A stretch of DNA of 64,000 bases from Octopus vulgaris. Lineage: Eukaryota. Below the pieces are notes generated by a model that had not been told where the DNA came from, did no database searches, and worked only from the letters and a program-made list of their open reading frames with translations. The translations under genes and the position numbers were made by a program. The first letter of the stretch is position 1, and the number at the start of each line of letters is the position of its first letter. Positions 1-11,325 of the stretch are shown here, in pieces. The stretch is taken from NCBI GenBank assembly GCA_951406725.2, contig OX597814.1, forward strand, positions 186,248,001 to 186,312,000. The letters run 5' to 3'.

Positions 1-676
1 AAATATTTCACTCTCCAAACATGAAATGCAGCTAAATTCATGTGATATTTTTTATCACTTGAATAAAATCATTGAAAGGTTCTTTCCGTTTTAGTATTTC
101 TTTTGTTTCTTGTTTGTTCTGTTGGTCTCTCAAATACTAGAAAATAATTTATATTTCCCTTTTATTACAATGTATGATAACAACAACAACAACAAAGAAT
201 TAAGGTGAAATGTAAATAGATGTTTGTAGTGTAGATTTTTGTATTGTAGTTTCATTCACAAATCAGAAAAGTTGCACTGGTACATTTTATTTGTGAAGTT
301 AAGATTTAGTTCTGTTTGATCTGGTTAATCCACTGACCTGGCAGTCACAAGTCATTAAGACGTAGAATGGCTTGCTTTTATGTTCAATAGTTGCCATGGA
401 GATATCAGTATTTAGTTGTACATTTTAAAATTTAGTTTCTTCTTGTTGTTATTACTTGTTGTTATGGTTTAATTTTATTTTATTTTATTTTATTTTTAAT
501 TAATACGTAAAAGTAATCTAAATTAAGATCTAAAATTTTGAGTGTCTTTGTACGTGTTGTACAAACAGACTGGGAATCAAAGGCATTTCAATCATGGCCA
601 GACCATCTTTTCAAGAACATTTAGTACTACATTAATGTGTTCCTTCCTTATTTAAAAAGCATATGACTTGGAGGAG

Positions 677-967
677 ATATGGTTGCTACTTCTAGCATGC
701 CTAGCAACCATGTAGACAACTTGTATAATGTGATACACATATGTGTGTGTATAGATATACATATATATAATACACATACATACATGTACATAAACACAAA
801 TACACACATATATACATGTAAATATATACCTGTACATATATATACACACATGTAAATATATACATGTACATATATATAATATACACACATACATACATGT
901 ACATACATATAATATACACACATACATACATGTACATACAAACACACACATACACACACACATATGT

Positions 968-1011
<44 letters not shown>

Positions 1012-1451
1012 GTAGATATATACAAGTACATAAATACAAATTAAAAGGAATGACCACCAAAGTGGATTCCTAATATGCTAAAGACAGACGTCAAATTTCC
1101 TTACCACGAAGATTATGTTCTCAAGAAAATTTCAGCAAATGCCAGAATGTAAAAATGAATAAGACAAATGAAAATATACAAAATAAAAATGATTACCTAT
1201 GTACCATGGTTCCGTTTGTTAATATTTACGAATGTAAATATCTGAAAACTCATCAGCGTAGTCTGTTGCTTACAAAACACAATTTCCAGAACTAGACACA
1301 GAACACTGACCCAAAAGAGAGTATGTATAAAGTTCTGCATATTATATTTGGGGGTATCTTTCAAATGTCTTCATTTTGGTGCACTGAGGCCAGAAATATC
1401 TCTGTAATTAATGAATATACATATATATATATAGACATGTAAATATGTACA

Positions 1452-1517
<66 letters not shown>

Positions 1518-1590
1518 TGTAAATATATATATATATATATATATAGACATGTAAATATATGCATGTGCATATATATATATATATGCATGC

Positions 1591-1636
<46 letters not shown>

Positions 1637-2125
1637 TGGTTGTCTACACCTTATGCAGAGTTTGACCACCTCCTGTACCTACAGCTTAGCACTATCATGG
1701 CATCTGATATGGCTTTTCAAATCAGACAATGTTCTGAAAAGACACCCACATAGATTGCACCTCCGATTTAGACCACCAAGAGCTGCAGATAAGTTCTGCT
1801 CTTTGTGGATCTTAAAATGTCTTTTGAGGCCTCCATTGGATTTGCAAACCTTCTGGTATACACTGCATACACTGGTGTGCACACACATATAGGCAAAATA
1901 GTTGGTAGAGGTTTGTTTTCCATGCATTCACAGATGAAATTTCAGGCCAGCAAAAGACAGGCATTGTCTGTCACAGACTGTGCACACAAAAGGTCATTGT
2001 CAGTCACCTTCTCGATTGTTACATTCTTCCTTAGATCTCTTTTGTGATATATATGTGAGTGTGCATGTTTGTGTTTATGTACATGTATGTATTATATATA
2101 TATATATACATATATACATACATAC

Positions 2126-2156
<31 letters not shown>

Positions 2157-2220
2157 TGCGTATCACATTATACAAAGGTGTCTATATGGTTGCTAGGCAT
2201 GCTAGAAGTAGCAACCATAT
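677..2220. mobile_element. Long inverted-repeat-bounded (foldback/MITE-like) segment
   Basis: 677-~812 is the near reverse complement of ~2047-2220 (ATATGGTTGCTACTTCTAGCATGCCTAGCAACCAT...GTATAATGTGATAC). Each arm contains an internal hairpin ATGGTTGCTA/TAGCAACCAT. Confidence 0.6.
1679..2040 (-). pseudogene. Decayed three-finger C2H2 zinc-finger array, probably the C-terminus of an RTE-clade LINE ORF
   Basis: Minus-strand translation gives [43 protein letters not shown] and [21 protein letters not shown]. These are preceded (frameshifted) by KRDLRK. One in-frame stop and one Cys>Tyr change. Confidence 0.75.
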
Positions 2221-2262
2221 ATATATATATATATATATATACACATGTAACTATACACATAG

Positions 2263-2297
<35 letters not shown>

Positions 2298-2329
2298 AGT
2301 AAATATTTATATGTACATATATATATATA

Positions 2330-3230
2330 CACTAACTGGGAAGATAGTTTTTGTATGTGGCAAATGCTCAGGTGCTATAAGTGCAGAAAATGTGCAGAGA
2401 ACAGCTTCTGTCATATTCCAGGGAGAAAAACTAGTAGTTGATAGCTTCCATTACCTAGGTGACAAAGTCAGTAGCGAGGGAGGGTGCTCTGAAAGTGTAG
2501 CTGCTGGAATAAGAATAGCCTGGGCAAAGTTCAGAGAGCTCCTACCTCTGCTGGTGACAAAGGGCCTCTAGCTCAGAGTAAAAGGTAGACTGCATGACAC
2601 GTGTGTGAACAGCCATGCTACATGGCAGTGAAACATGGCCCATGACTGCTGAGGACATGCGTAAGCTTGCAAGGAATGGAGCCAGTATGTTCCGCTGGAT
2701 GTGTAATGTCAGTGTGCATACACGACAAAGTGTAAAGTACCCTGAGAGAAAAGTTGGACATAAGAAGCATCAGATGTGGTGTGCAAGAGAGACAACTGCA
2801 CTGGTATGGTCATGTGTTGTGAATGAATGAGGACAGCTGTGTGAAAAAGTGTCACATCCTAGCAGTTGAGGGAACCTGTGGAAGAGGTAGACCCAGGAAG
2901 ACCTTGGATGAGGTGGTGAAGCATGACCTCCGAACATTGGGCCTTACCGAGGCAATGACTAGTGACCAGGACCTTTGGAGATATGCTGTACTTGAGAAGA
3001 CCCGGCAAGCCAAATGAGACCATAACCCGTGGCCTATGCCAGTGGTGTAACCAGCCCATTTCTGAATACCCCTCATTCATTGGACAATAAACCTTGCTTG
3101 TGAAGACCTATTGAAGCAAGTGAAATCAAAATCGCTGATGTGGCTGACGACAGTACCACCTGATTGGCACTCATGCCAGTGGAATGTTAACAGCACATCC
3201 AAACGTGGGATGTAACCGGCCCACTTTATC
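2330..3230 (+). mobile_element. 5'-truncated RTE-clade LINE (RT thumb/C-terminal region plus 3' UTR), disrupted
   Basis: Successive frames give SFHYLGD, RIAWAKFRELLPLL, MLHGSETW, MFRWMC, LHWYGHV, GRGRPRKT and DLWR, typical of RTE ORF C-termini. Stops and frameshifts present. Confidence 0.92.
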
Positions 3231-3340
3231 AACTGCTACTTCCAGTAAACATTGGTGCCTTGTTGTACCACTACTCTATAGTTATATCTATATATATATA
3301 TATGTGTACTTCATTTAAAAGCAGCAGAAATATAACAAAA

Positions 3341-3380
3341 GCTGTTACTCAGAGTTTCACATTCCCGTTCATCAGACAGC
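3341..3380 (-). ncRNA. Type I minimal hammerhead ribozyme (Penelope-like repeat)
   Basis: Minus strand reads GCUGU-CUGAUGA-ACG GGAA UGU-GAAA-CUC U GAG-UA-ACAGC. Canonical core, three stems, GUA cleavage triplet. Confidence 0.85.
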
Positions 3381-3490
3381 TTTAGCTATATTTCTGCTGC
3401 TTTTAAATAAAACATATTACTCTACCTCTGGTATTTGAATACTCTTTTTTTCCACCTTGTTTCATATTTTTGTGCTTACTCCGGTATAGA

Positions 3491-3524
<34 letters not shown>

Positions 3525-3528
<4 letters not shown>

Positions 3529-3823
3529 CGAGATCGACCAGGCTATCAGATGTTGCTACACATCGCTGGTCACAATGTGCTTCACATTGTTTTAGCCTTC
3601 AAATGACACCACCCCGCTGGCTAAGCGAGCAGGCTAACAGAAGAGTGAGAGAAAGTTGTGGCAAAAGAGTACAGCAGGGATTGCCACCACCCCCTGCCGG
3701 AGCCTCGTGGGTCTTTAGGTGTTTTCACTCAATAAACACTCACAACACTCAGTCTTGGAATCAAAACCGTGACCCTATGACCATGAGTCCGCTGCCCTAA
3801 CCACTGGGCCATTGCGCCTCCAC
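3525..3823 (-). mobile_element. tRNA-derived SINE (family C type)
   Basis: Minus strand begins GGAGGCGCAATGGCCCAGTGGTTAGGGCAGCGGAC (A box) followed by a B-box-like segment. Related copy at 32235-32500. Confidence 0.8.
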
Positions 3824-4840
3824 ATATATATACATATACATACACACATGTATATATAACTTTCTCACTGTTTGTTCTTCTTGCTGTAGTGCCCCTTTTT
3901 TCTCTATCCTTTTGTTCCTTTCTCCTCTATTTTCTTTTCTCTCTCATACTTTCTTCAATATGTTATCTCTAAATCTAAATGCATATCTACTCTTCTTACT
4001 TCCATTTTGGCCACAAGTTTCTCTTTTATCTTTCAACTCATCTAGTGAACTTACATATCTTTCTACTTTCTGTTATTCGCTTAAGGATATAGACCAAGCT
4101 TTTATCATGTATTTTCTGTACTTCTGTGTTGTACTCGTTGCACTATTGTTGTGTTGCTTTGTCCTGCTCTATTTTCATTGTAACATAATGTTTTATTTTT
4201 ATCAAAAACAAAAAATTTATTTCACCTTAAATAAATTTCTTTGTCATAGTTATTAGTCTTAATACATCTTTTCCTTGTTCTTGCGTTTTCTTTGACCTAG
4301 TTGCTAAGATTCCACTACGCGCTCTTTTCGTTTCCTGTCTGTATATCCTGTCTTCACTGTATAAATTGCCTGACAGCCATATTCAGTAGCTAACTGTAAA
4401 TGATACTAAGAGATGCAGTTCTGTCTCGAAGTGTCAAAACTGCCAGAATCCTTAGTAAAGGAGCTGGTGAATGCTAAACTTTCATTTATTATTATTTTTT
4501 TTTATCTGCACTGTCCATTACATGTTTTTATCATTTGTGCCTATTCCTTACATATATATGTGTGTTTTTGATTTATTTCTATATGTATGCAAGCAAATAT
4601 TATTAAAGCAACTAACTCCGAGCATAATGCCTTTAAACAAAAGTAAGGATTTGTGACATTCCTACTTTACCCAAGAGTACTAGCTAAATTGTTACTATAA
4701 CAGTTTAGCAAGTGCTGTGGTTACAACATAGTATGTGTGTGTATGTAAATACACATATACATATATGCATATAAATATAAAAAACATCTAAATCCCCTTT
4801 AGCTGGTTTAATATATACACATATATATACACACATAAAG

Positions 4841-5268
4841 ACAGATGAAATACCTATTTCTTTACTACCCATAAGGGGCTAAGCACAGAGAGGACAAACA
4901 AGGACAGACAAACGGATTAAGTCGATTATATCGAACCCAGTGCGTAACTGGTACTTAATTTATCGACCCCGAAAGGATGAAAGGCAAAGTTGACCTTGGA
5001 GGAATTTAAACTCACAACGTAACGGCAGACGAAATACCTATTTCTTTATTACCCACAAGGGGCTAAACATAGAGGGGACAAACAAGGACAGACATAGGTA
5101 TTAAGTCGATTACATCGACCCCAGTGCGTAACTGGTGCTTAATTTATCGACCCCAAAAGGATGAAAGGCAAAGTCGACCTCGGCGGAATTTGAACTCAGA
5201 ACGTAACGGCAGACGAAATACCGCAAAGCATTTCGCCCGGCGTGCTAACGCTTCTCCCAGCTCGCCGC
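4841..5268 (-). mobile_element. tRNA-derived SINE (family B) with internal tandem duplication
   Basis: Head GGCGGCGAGCTGGGAGAAGCGTTAGCACGCC, B box GAGTTCAAATTCC and core TTTCATCCTTT.GGGGTCGATAAATTAAG. The core plus tail occurs twice (~180 bp period). Confidence 0.9.
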
Positions 5269-5269
5269 C

Positions 5270-6676
5270 ACATGAGTAAATCCGTAACGAAGCACATGTT
5301 GGCTAAGTAAGTTTATTTATATGGGTAGCCGAAAGGAAGTTCGATGGCTGACGGAAATGAAGACCGAGGTAGGATTTCAAAGTTAAATATGACGTCCCAA
5401 GTTACTAGCAAAAATTAAAAGCCGATACGAACAAAATTGAAAAGTCGCTTTCAAATCATGAACATGACGGCTCGATCTACAAGCAAAATTAAATGCCGAT
5501 TTGAGAGAAGGGACAAGCAATAAAGCCAATAAGGAAACGTAGATGAGAGAAGGGAAGCAATGAATTACAATTAAATTAAATTGAGTTAAGGAAATGACAT
5601 TTAAAATGTACTAATGTTTAGAATCATACTCAAACTGTTTTCATGTGCAAAATGCTTCTATTCCCAATGACAATTTCTTGTCACAAATGTATCTACCTGC
5701 AAGATACGGGTTCTTCCGTGAGCTTCGAATCTTCACCAAAAGGGTCAATATAAAGTTCCTCACTCGTTAATTAACCCCCCCCCACACACACACACAAAAA
5801 AAAAACCCAGCCAGCTGGGTGTTAACAATTGTGTAGAAAACGAATATGAAAAACAAATTTGCGCAAATGAACCTGGGGCAGTGGTGAGGACTTTCGGAAA
5901 ATTCACAAGATCCGATTTTTCCCTCATAACGTTCAGGAAAATGTTTATATATTGATTTTTTTTACGTGATCCCACGTTTTCGGCTATAGAGAATTCGATT
6001 CAGGTCAAAATTAATCTTACTTGTATTAATATTCGATACACTTGGGTAGATATTTGTTCTCATATATTATGAACGTGATCACTAAGTATTTATTGGAACA
6101 AGAACGTCAGGTTGGATACCATATAATATCTAGGTGGCCCTCTAATAACCGCAATGTCACTTTCTTTCCCTAGTTCCTTTTTGTAAAGGAAAAACAAAAA
6201 CTTGGTTCTTGTTCCAGAAAACACTTATTTTGACGAAGTAACATACCTTCTTCATTTTCATGTATCTCCGAAACGAAGAAGTATCTTATATCTAGTTCTT
6301 CGACATGGGTGGCGTTAATAAGTAAAATACAAACAAACATGTAGAATAAAAAAAAACTTAAATACCTTATCAAGCTGTTGTTCGTCAAAGAATAGTAAAT
6401 ATTTCCCCATCTTTACTGAGAGGTAAAAGTCCATGTCAATCTGAACTCAATTTTAATTTCTAGAGAACGGAATTAAGTCTCATAATCTCAATTTTCCTTC
6501 TTCAATAATGGTCGTGAACAAAAATTTTTTGAAAATTGTTATTTTATATCGAAAATTAAATTTTTAAATAATTTTTTTAAATTATGGTTAAAGATTAAAT
6601 TCAATTAAGCTGAGACAGGTTAAAACATTTTCTTGTCTTATTTGGATTATATTTTACTCTTCGCTAAACCCATATA
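5270..6676. promoter_or_regulatory. CpG-retaining region, candidate bidirectional promoter
   Basis: CG dinucleotides are visibly more frequent than in the flanks. A minus-strand donor-like site (GCAG|GTAGAT, 5697) and a plus-strand donor (CAG|GTAAGT, 6809) point away from the region. Confidence 0.4.
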
Positions 6677-6832
6677 ATGGATTCATCTTCGTAAAATCAA
6701 GATTTTCTACACGTGAAGAATTTTGGTATTTGTCTGGAATCCGACAGTGCCGAGGGCCTAGAGTGCTGCATTGGAAATACTCTATCTTTCTATCCTACCT
6801 GGACCTCAGGTAAGTATGTGCGTGTATATACA

Positions 6833-6998
6833 CCATTACCATAGCTAAAGGGGACGGAAGGTGCTGTCCCACCCGGGTGGCACTTTTATGGGAACAACAC
6901 CACTTTGGGGTCTACTGTAGGCCATATATATTTTCATGGGACCCCTGGGCAAAATGAAGGACTGCCCCGAGCCGCACACACACTAGCTACGCTAGTGG
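6833..6998. mobile_element. Small hAT-like MITE
   Basis: Imperfect terminal inverted repeats CCATTACCATAGCTA ... TAGCTACGCTAGTGG around a GC-richer interior. Confidence 0.5.
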
Positions 6999-7819
6999 TA
7001 TACACATGCACACATACATACACTCCATATTTATTTGTGTATAAATCGCATTGTTTTAAACAAATAAAGGCAAGTAGATGTATATTTGGCATGTATGTGT
7101 GTACCTTCTCTTTCTCTTTTTCAATTTTAGAGGAAATTTTGACCGACTACCTACTTGGTAGCAAGGTTGTAAAGGAAAGCATCTTTTAACCATCATCAAA
7201 GAAGGTCTTGCAGATTTTTACAGTTCCAGATATTGTGTGACCATTAGTAACACATGAATTCAAGATTTGCATTCTCTTCCCAAGATCCCAAGTTCGACCA
7301 TACTTTGCTCCAGACGGGTTAGTATATATCCTATTGCTCCAATAATAATAGGTACGAAGAAATATATGTTTGTATGTACGTAAGCAAAATTTATATGTAA
7401 AATTTAAGCGAGCCCTTGAAAACGCACCACCAGTAAATGGCGAAAGGCTTGGTCTGCAATATCTGTGGGCATGTATGTTTATCATATGCTTGACTCATTA
7501 GTCAGCAGCGAAGCAAAAAGTACAAAGTACAGATATGAGTGCACAGTGTTCTTGATGGACAGTGATAGTCTGCCTCGGTCACAAATGGACAACCATTGTA
7601 TGAGGGTGTGTATTATTGTGTGTGTGTGTGTATGTACATGCTCGAAATGTGGAGTAGATAGACAGCCGACAACTGATGGAGGGTCCTTTCTCTGTTTTTA
7701 CTTGTACTGCTTTCCATTTTTTTCTCATTGTTTACGTATTTCATGTTATTTGCACCGTTTTGTGACATTATTTATTATTTAATTCAACCTGACGCATCCA
7801 TTTCAAAGTTATATATATA

Positions 7820-8380
7820 TACACCAAAGTAACCATATAAATATGAAACAAGGTAGGGCAAAAATAGTACTCGAATACCAGAGGTAGAGTAATATGCTTT
7901 ATTATTATTAAAGCTGCGAAAACATCACAAAAATCTGGTACTCAGAGTTTCACGTTCCCGTTCATCGAGCAGTTTAGATTCTCGATCTACTCGAAGTTTT
8001 GTTAGTTAACAGATCGTGGTTTCAAAGCGACGAAAATATTTTGATACAAATTAAATTTAAATGTTGAAGTGAAAGTAACGGTTTTTGCGTATTCTTGAAT
8101 ATTCTTAAATGGCTTACAAACATTTTCCACGTCGCAATTGTTTTGTTTTAGTACACGATCTCAGATCAAGTCACCTGTTGTGACCGCGTGTGTACCGTAG
8201 GCGAATTCTTTTCCTCCGTCTTCCCTTCTTTGGATCTTTCCTTTTCCTATGTTTTTGACGAAGAGCTCCGCTCGAAACGTTAAACCCTCCTTCTTTCCTT
8301 AGCATCCAATAACACTATATTTGTTCCACGTCCTCGCGTTGTTGTGTTTTCTCTTTGTGTTTTCATTTTTGGATTAACTA
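7820..8380. mobile_element. Penelope-like repeat fragments carrying two oppositely oriented hammerhead motifs
   Basis: 7840-7972 is homologous to 3314-3470. Degenerate hammerhead on minus at 7935-7972 and a different one on plus at 8251-8285. Flanked by (TA)n. Confidence 0.65.
8251..8285 (+). ncRNA. Type I minimal hammerhead motif with C3U change
   Basis: GUUU-UUGACGA-A-GAGC UCC GCUC-GAAA-CGUU-AAAC. Stems I and II pair, stem III is palindromic, GUU triplet. Confidence 0.7.
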
Positions 8381-10055
8381 TATATATACACACACACGCA
8401 CACACGATTACGTACGCGCAATGGACAGGTCAATACAGTAAATTTGGTTCTGGGTATTTATCGACCTATAGACAATTGTATGCATAAACACCGAAAATCG
8501 AGGGATTGGTAAAGCAAGCGACAATGTATAAGTTATTGTCTCATCACCTTTAAACGGCGAGCGATTTATTTTGTAAATTAATCCATTGTAAAATAAAAAA
8601 TTGTGAATTATAAAATTTCATCAACTTCAGCAATTATCCTGCAGTGGTGGAATTGAAGCTGAGACTAAAATGCCCAAATCCAGAAAGAATACTAGGAAAA
8701 ACCTGAATATTAACTCTAAGCCCTTTACTGGTAAATAATATCATTAAAATTACATTATTTAATATCATTAAAATAACTGCGTGAACACGCTCATTTCATT
8801 AAAAAATCTGTTACAATATGTCAAATCGATAAAAATTCTAAAGCAAATTTACCGAACTTCGTGGTTCTAATCTAGCAATTGATTATAATATCTAACAGAA
8901 AATTGTGAGTAAAAACAAAATAAAACTTCTTTAAGCATGTATTAGGAATTTTTTCACCCCTAATGAGTGAGAGAAAATACGAAAAGTCAACTGGCAACAA
9001 AATATTTCAATTAACTATCTCTGATAGGAATTTTTTATCTTGCCAACCAAAAACAAAAACGAAATTAGAAAACATTATTTGGTATTTGTTTATTTATTTT
9101 TTTATCACATCTAAGCGGTCGGTGGTCGTTGGTACCGTTGTCATCATCCTCGTTCTAGGTAGGGGTCCTGAACAGTATTAAATTATAGCAGGGCGCTTCT
9201 CAAAATTGATAGAAGCTGTTGGATTGCTAGAAATAACAAACTATGAGCTCGTTGTTACCCTAGTGCTCTGAAAAGACTTTGTTGCTGTCTGTCCTTATCT
9301 TTGTGGGTCGACAGGGACGTTTGAAAGAGGAAAGCTCTTTATTGAAGGCTGAAATCTCTCAAAGTATCCTTATTTTCACCCTTGACCTTAAAAAGCCAGC
9401 GTAATTATTTTTGTTGGACGCCAAGTGACAGTTAATTCTAAATAGACCCTTTAGCTCTAATGGGTGGCGGGAGGCTGCAAATTATGAGAACTCATGGGAG
9501 TAACAGCTGTGACTAGAGTTATCTACTAACCCGTGGGCTACGCTACGATCACTTACAGTGAAAGATTTATGTACATTCTAACCAAATGAATGTAGGTGGC
9601 TGGCTGGACTGGCCATCTGTTGTTGATGAGATCAAAAGAATTAGTGTCCGAAGGGAATAGAAAGAATTAGCCATAACAATTATATGTTGAAAAAATGCAG
9701 CTATTGGTGATCAATTAATCTCTCTGTTAACAATTTCTGTTGTTCAATTAATTTGGAAAATAAAGAGTTTATTAGAATAATTTTGCCATTATAAAGATAC
9801 GTACAAATGTGGCTGTGTGATAAGAAGCTTGTTTCCTAAAATCATGGTTCTAGATTCAGCTCCACTGTGTGGCACTTTGCCTTAGTATCTTCTACTATAA
9901 CCCCCCCCCCCCGCAACATTTTTTTTTTCTCACGAGAGTTCTAAACCCCAGTAATGAACACATTTGCATACAGCCAGTCAGAGCTCACCTTGACCCTGTT
10001 GTCAACTTAACAAACACACTACCAAGTAAATTCAAGAAAAAGAACAGTGTAGAAA

Positions 10056-10647
10056 GGCGTAGGAGTGGCTGTGTGGTAAGTAGCTTGCTTATGAACCACA
10101 TAGTGGGCAAGTGTCTTCTATTATAGCCTCGGGCCGACCAAAGCCTTGTGAGGGGATTTGGTAGACGGAAACTGAAAGAAGCCCGTCGTATATATGTATG
10201 TGTGTATTTATATGTTTGTGTGTCTGTATTTGTTCCCCCAGCATCACTTGACAACCGATGCTGGTGTGTTTATGTCCCTTAGCGGTTCGGCAAAAGCAAA
10301 TGATAGAATAAGTACATGCTGGAGCACCGCCTTTAGTTGTGCAAATCAACCCCAGGACTTTTTCTTTGTAAGCCTAGTACTTATTCTATCAGTCACTTTT
10401 GCCAAACCGCTAAGTTATGGAGACGTAACCACACCAGCATCGGTTGTCAAGCGATGTTGGGTGGGGACAAACACACACACACACATACATATATACGACG
10501 GGCTTCTTTCAGTTTCCGTCTACCAAATCCACTCACAAGGCTTTGGTCGGCCTGACACTATAGTAGAAGACACTTGCCTAAGGTGTCATGCAGTGGGACT
10601 GAATCCAGAACCATGTGGCTGGTAAGCAAGCTACTTACCACACAGCC
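10056..10647. mobile_element. Two family A tRNA-derived SINEs fused tail-to-tail
   Basis: Plus copy 10056-10312 (GGCGTAGGAGTGGCTGTGTGGTAAG...) directly abuts a minus copy at 10313-10647. Confidence 0.9.
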
Positions 10648-11194
10648 TGCACATAAATTTTATTAACAAAATTTTACATGGACTCCCAAGAGTCACAAGG
10701 ACCCTCAAGGACCATTTGGACGCCTAAGGGTCATTTGGACCCCACCTCCCAACCAACAGCTGGTTGGCTCCTGGTTGAGAAACAATGGTCAAAATATTCC
10801 TGAATCAAAAGTTAATCTAAAGTGTCACTAAATCAGGGTTTAAAATCTCCCAGTGAAGCACATGAGATTTCACTTGAATACATGTGGTATCACTCTAAAT
10901 ATACATTGTAGTGATTGTTCAATAGTAAAAGTCAATTAGTATGTATTAATTGGAGCAATAATTGTGTTATTCAATAACATTTTTATGAGAACTAAATGAT
11001 TTATATAGAGTACAAAAAGAAAAAGAAAGAGAGGACATGGTTCTTATACTGAAGCATTAATTTTTTGCATACATTGATGCAAGTGTAGTCATGTAGTGAG
11101 AAGTTTGCTTCCTAACTATTGTGACCAGTGATGTGTAACAACAGCTGATAGTCTGGTCAGTCACACAAATCACATGACGTGATTTGTTTGTTCC

Positions 11195-11325
11195 AGGTAA
11201 TGTTGTTGATCTGAGATGCCACATTCTTCTGGTTTCAATTTCTAGGTCCTTATATTTGCTCAATTTCTTGAATGCTTTCAGAAATGGCTTTTTTTCTTGG
11301 CTGGGACTGCACCATCAATCAGTCT
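11195..11325 (-). mobile_element. R4/Dong-clade non-LTR retrotransposon fragment (restriction-like endonuclease end)
   Basis: LIDGAVPA followed, after a frameshift, by LKAFKKLSKYKDLEIETRRMW, matching the K..KY.DL..EI..MW motif. Confidence 0.75.

Noticed and set aside
390-403. RFX X-box-like GTTGCCATGGAGAT (also GTTTCCAAGGAAAC at 19447-19460)
   Set aside because: Short imperfect matches not tied to a demonstrated promoter.
10194-10625. Recurrent ORFs with DGLLSVSVYQIHSQGFGRP
   Set aside because: Antisense translations of family A SINE copies, not a gene family.
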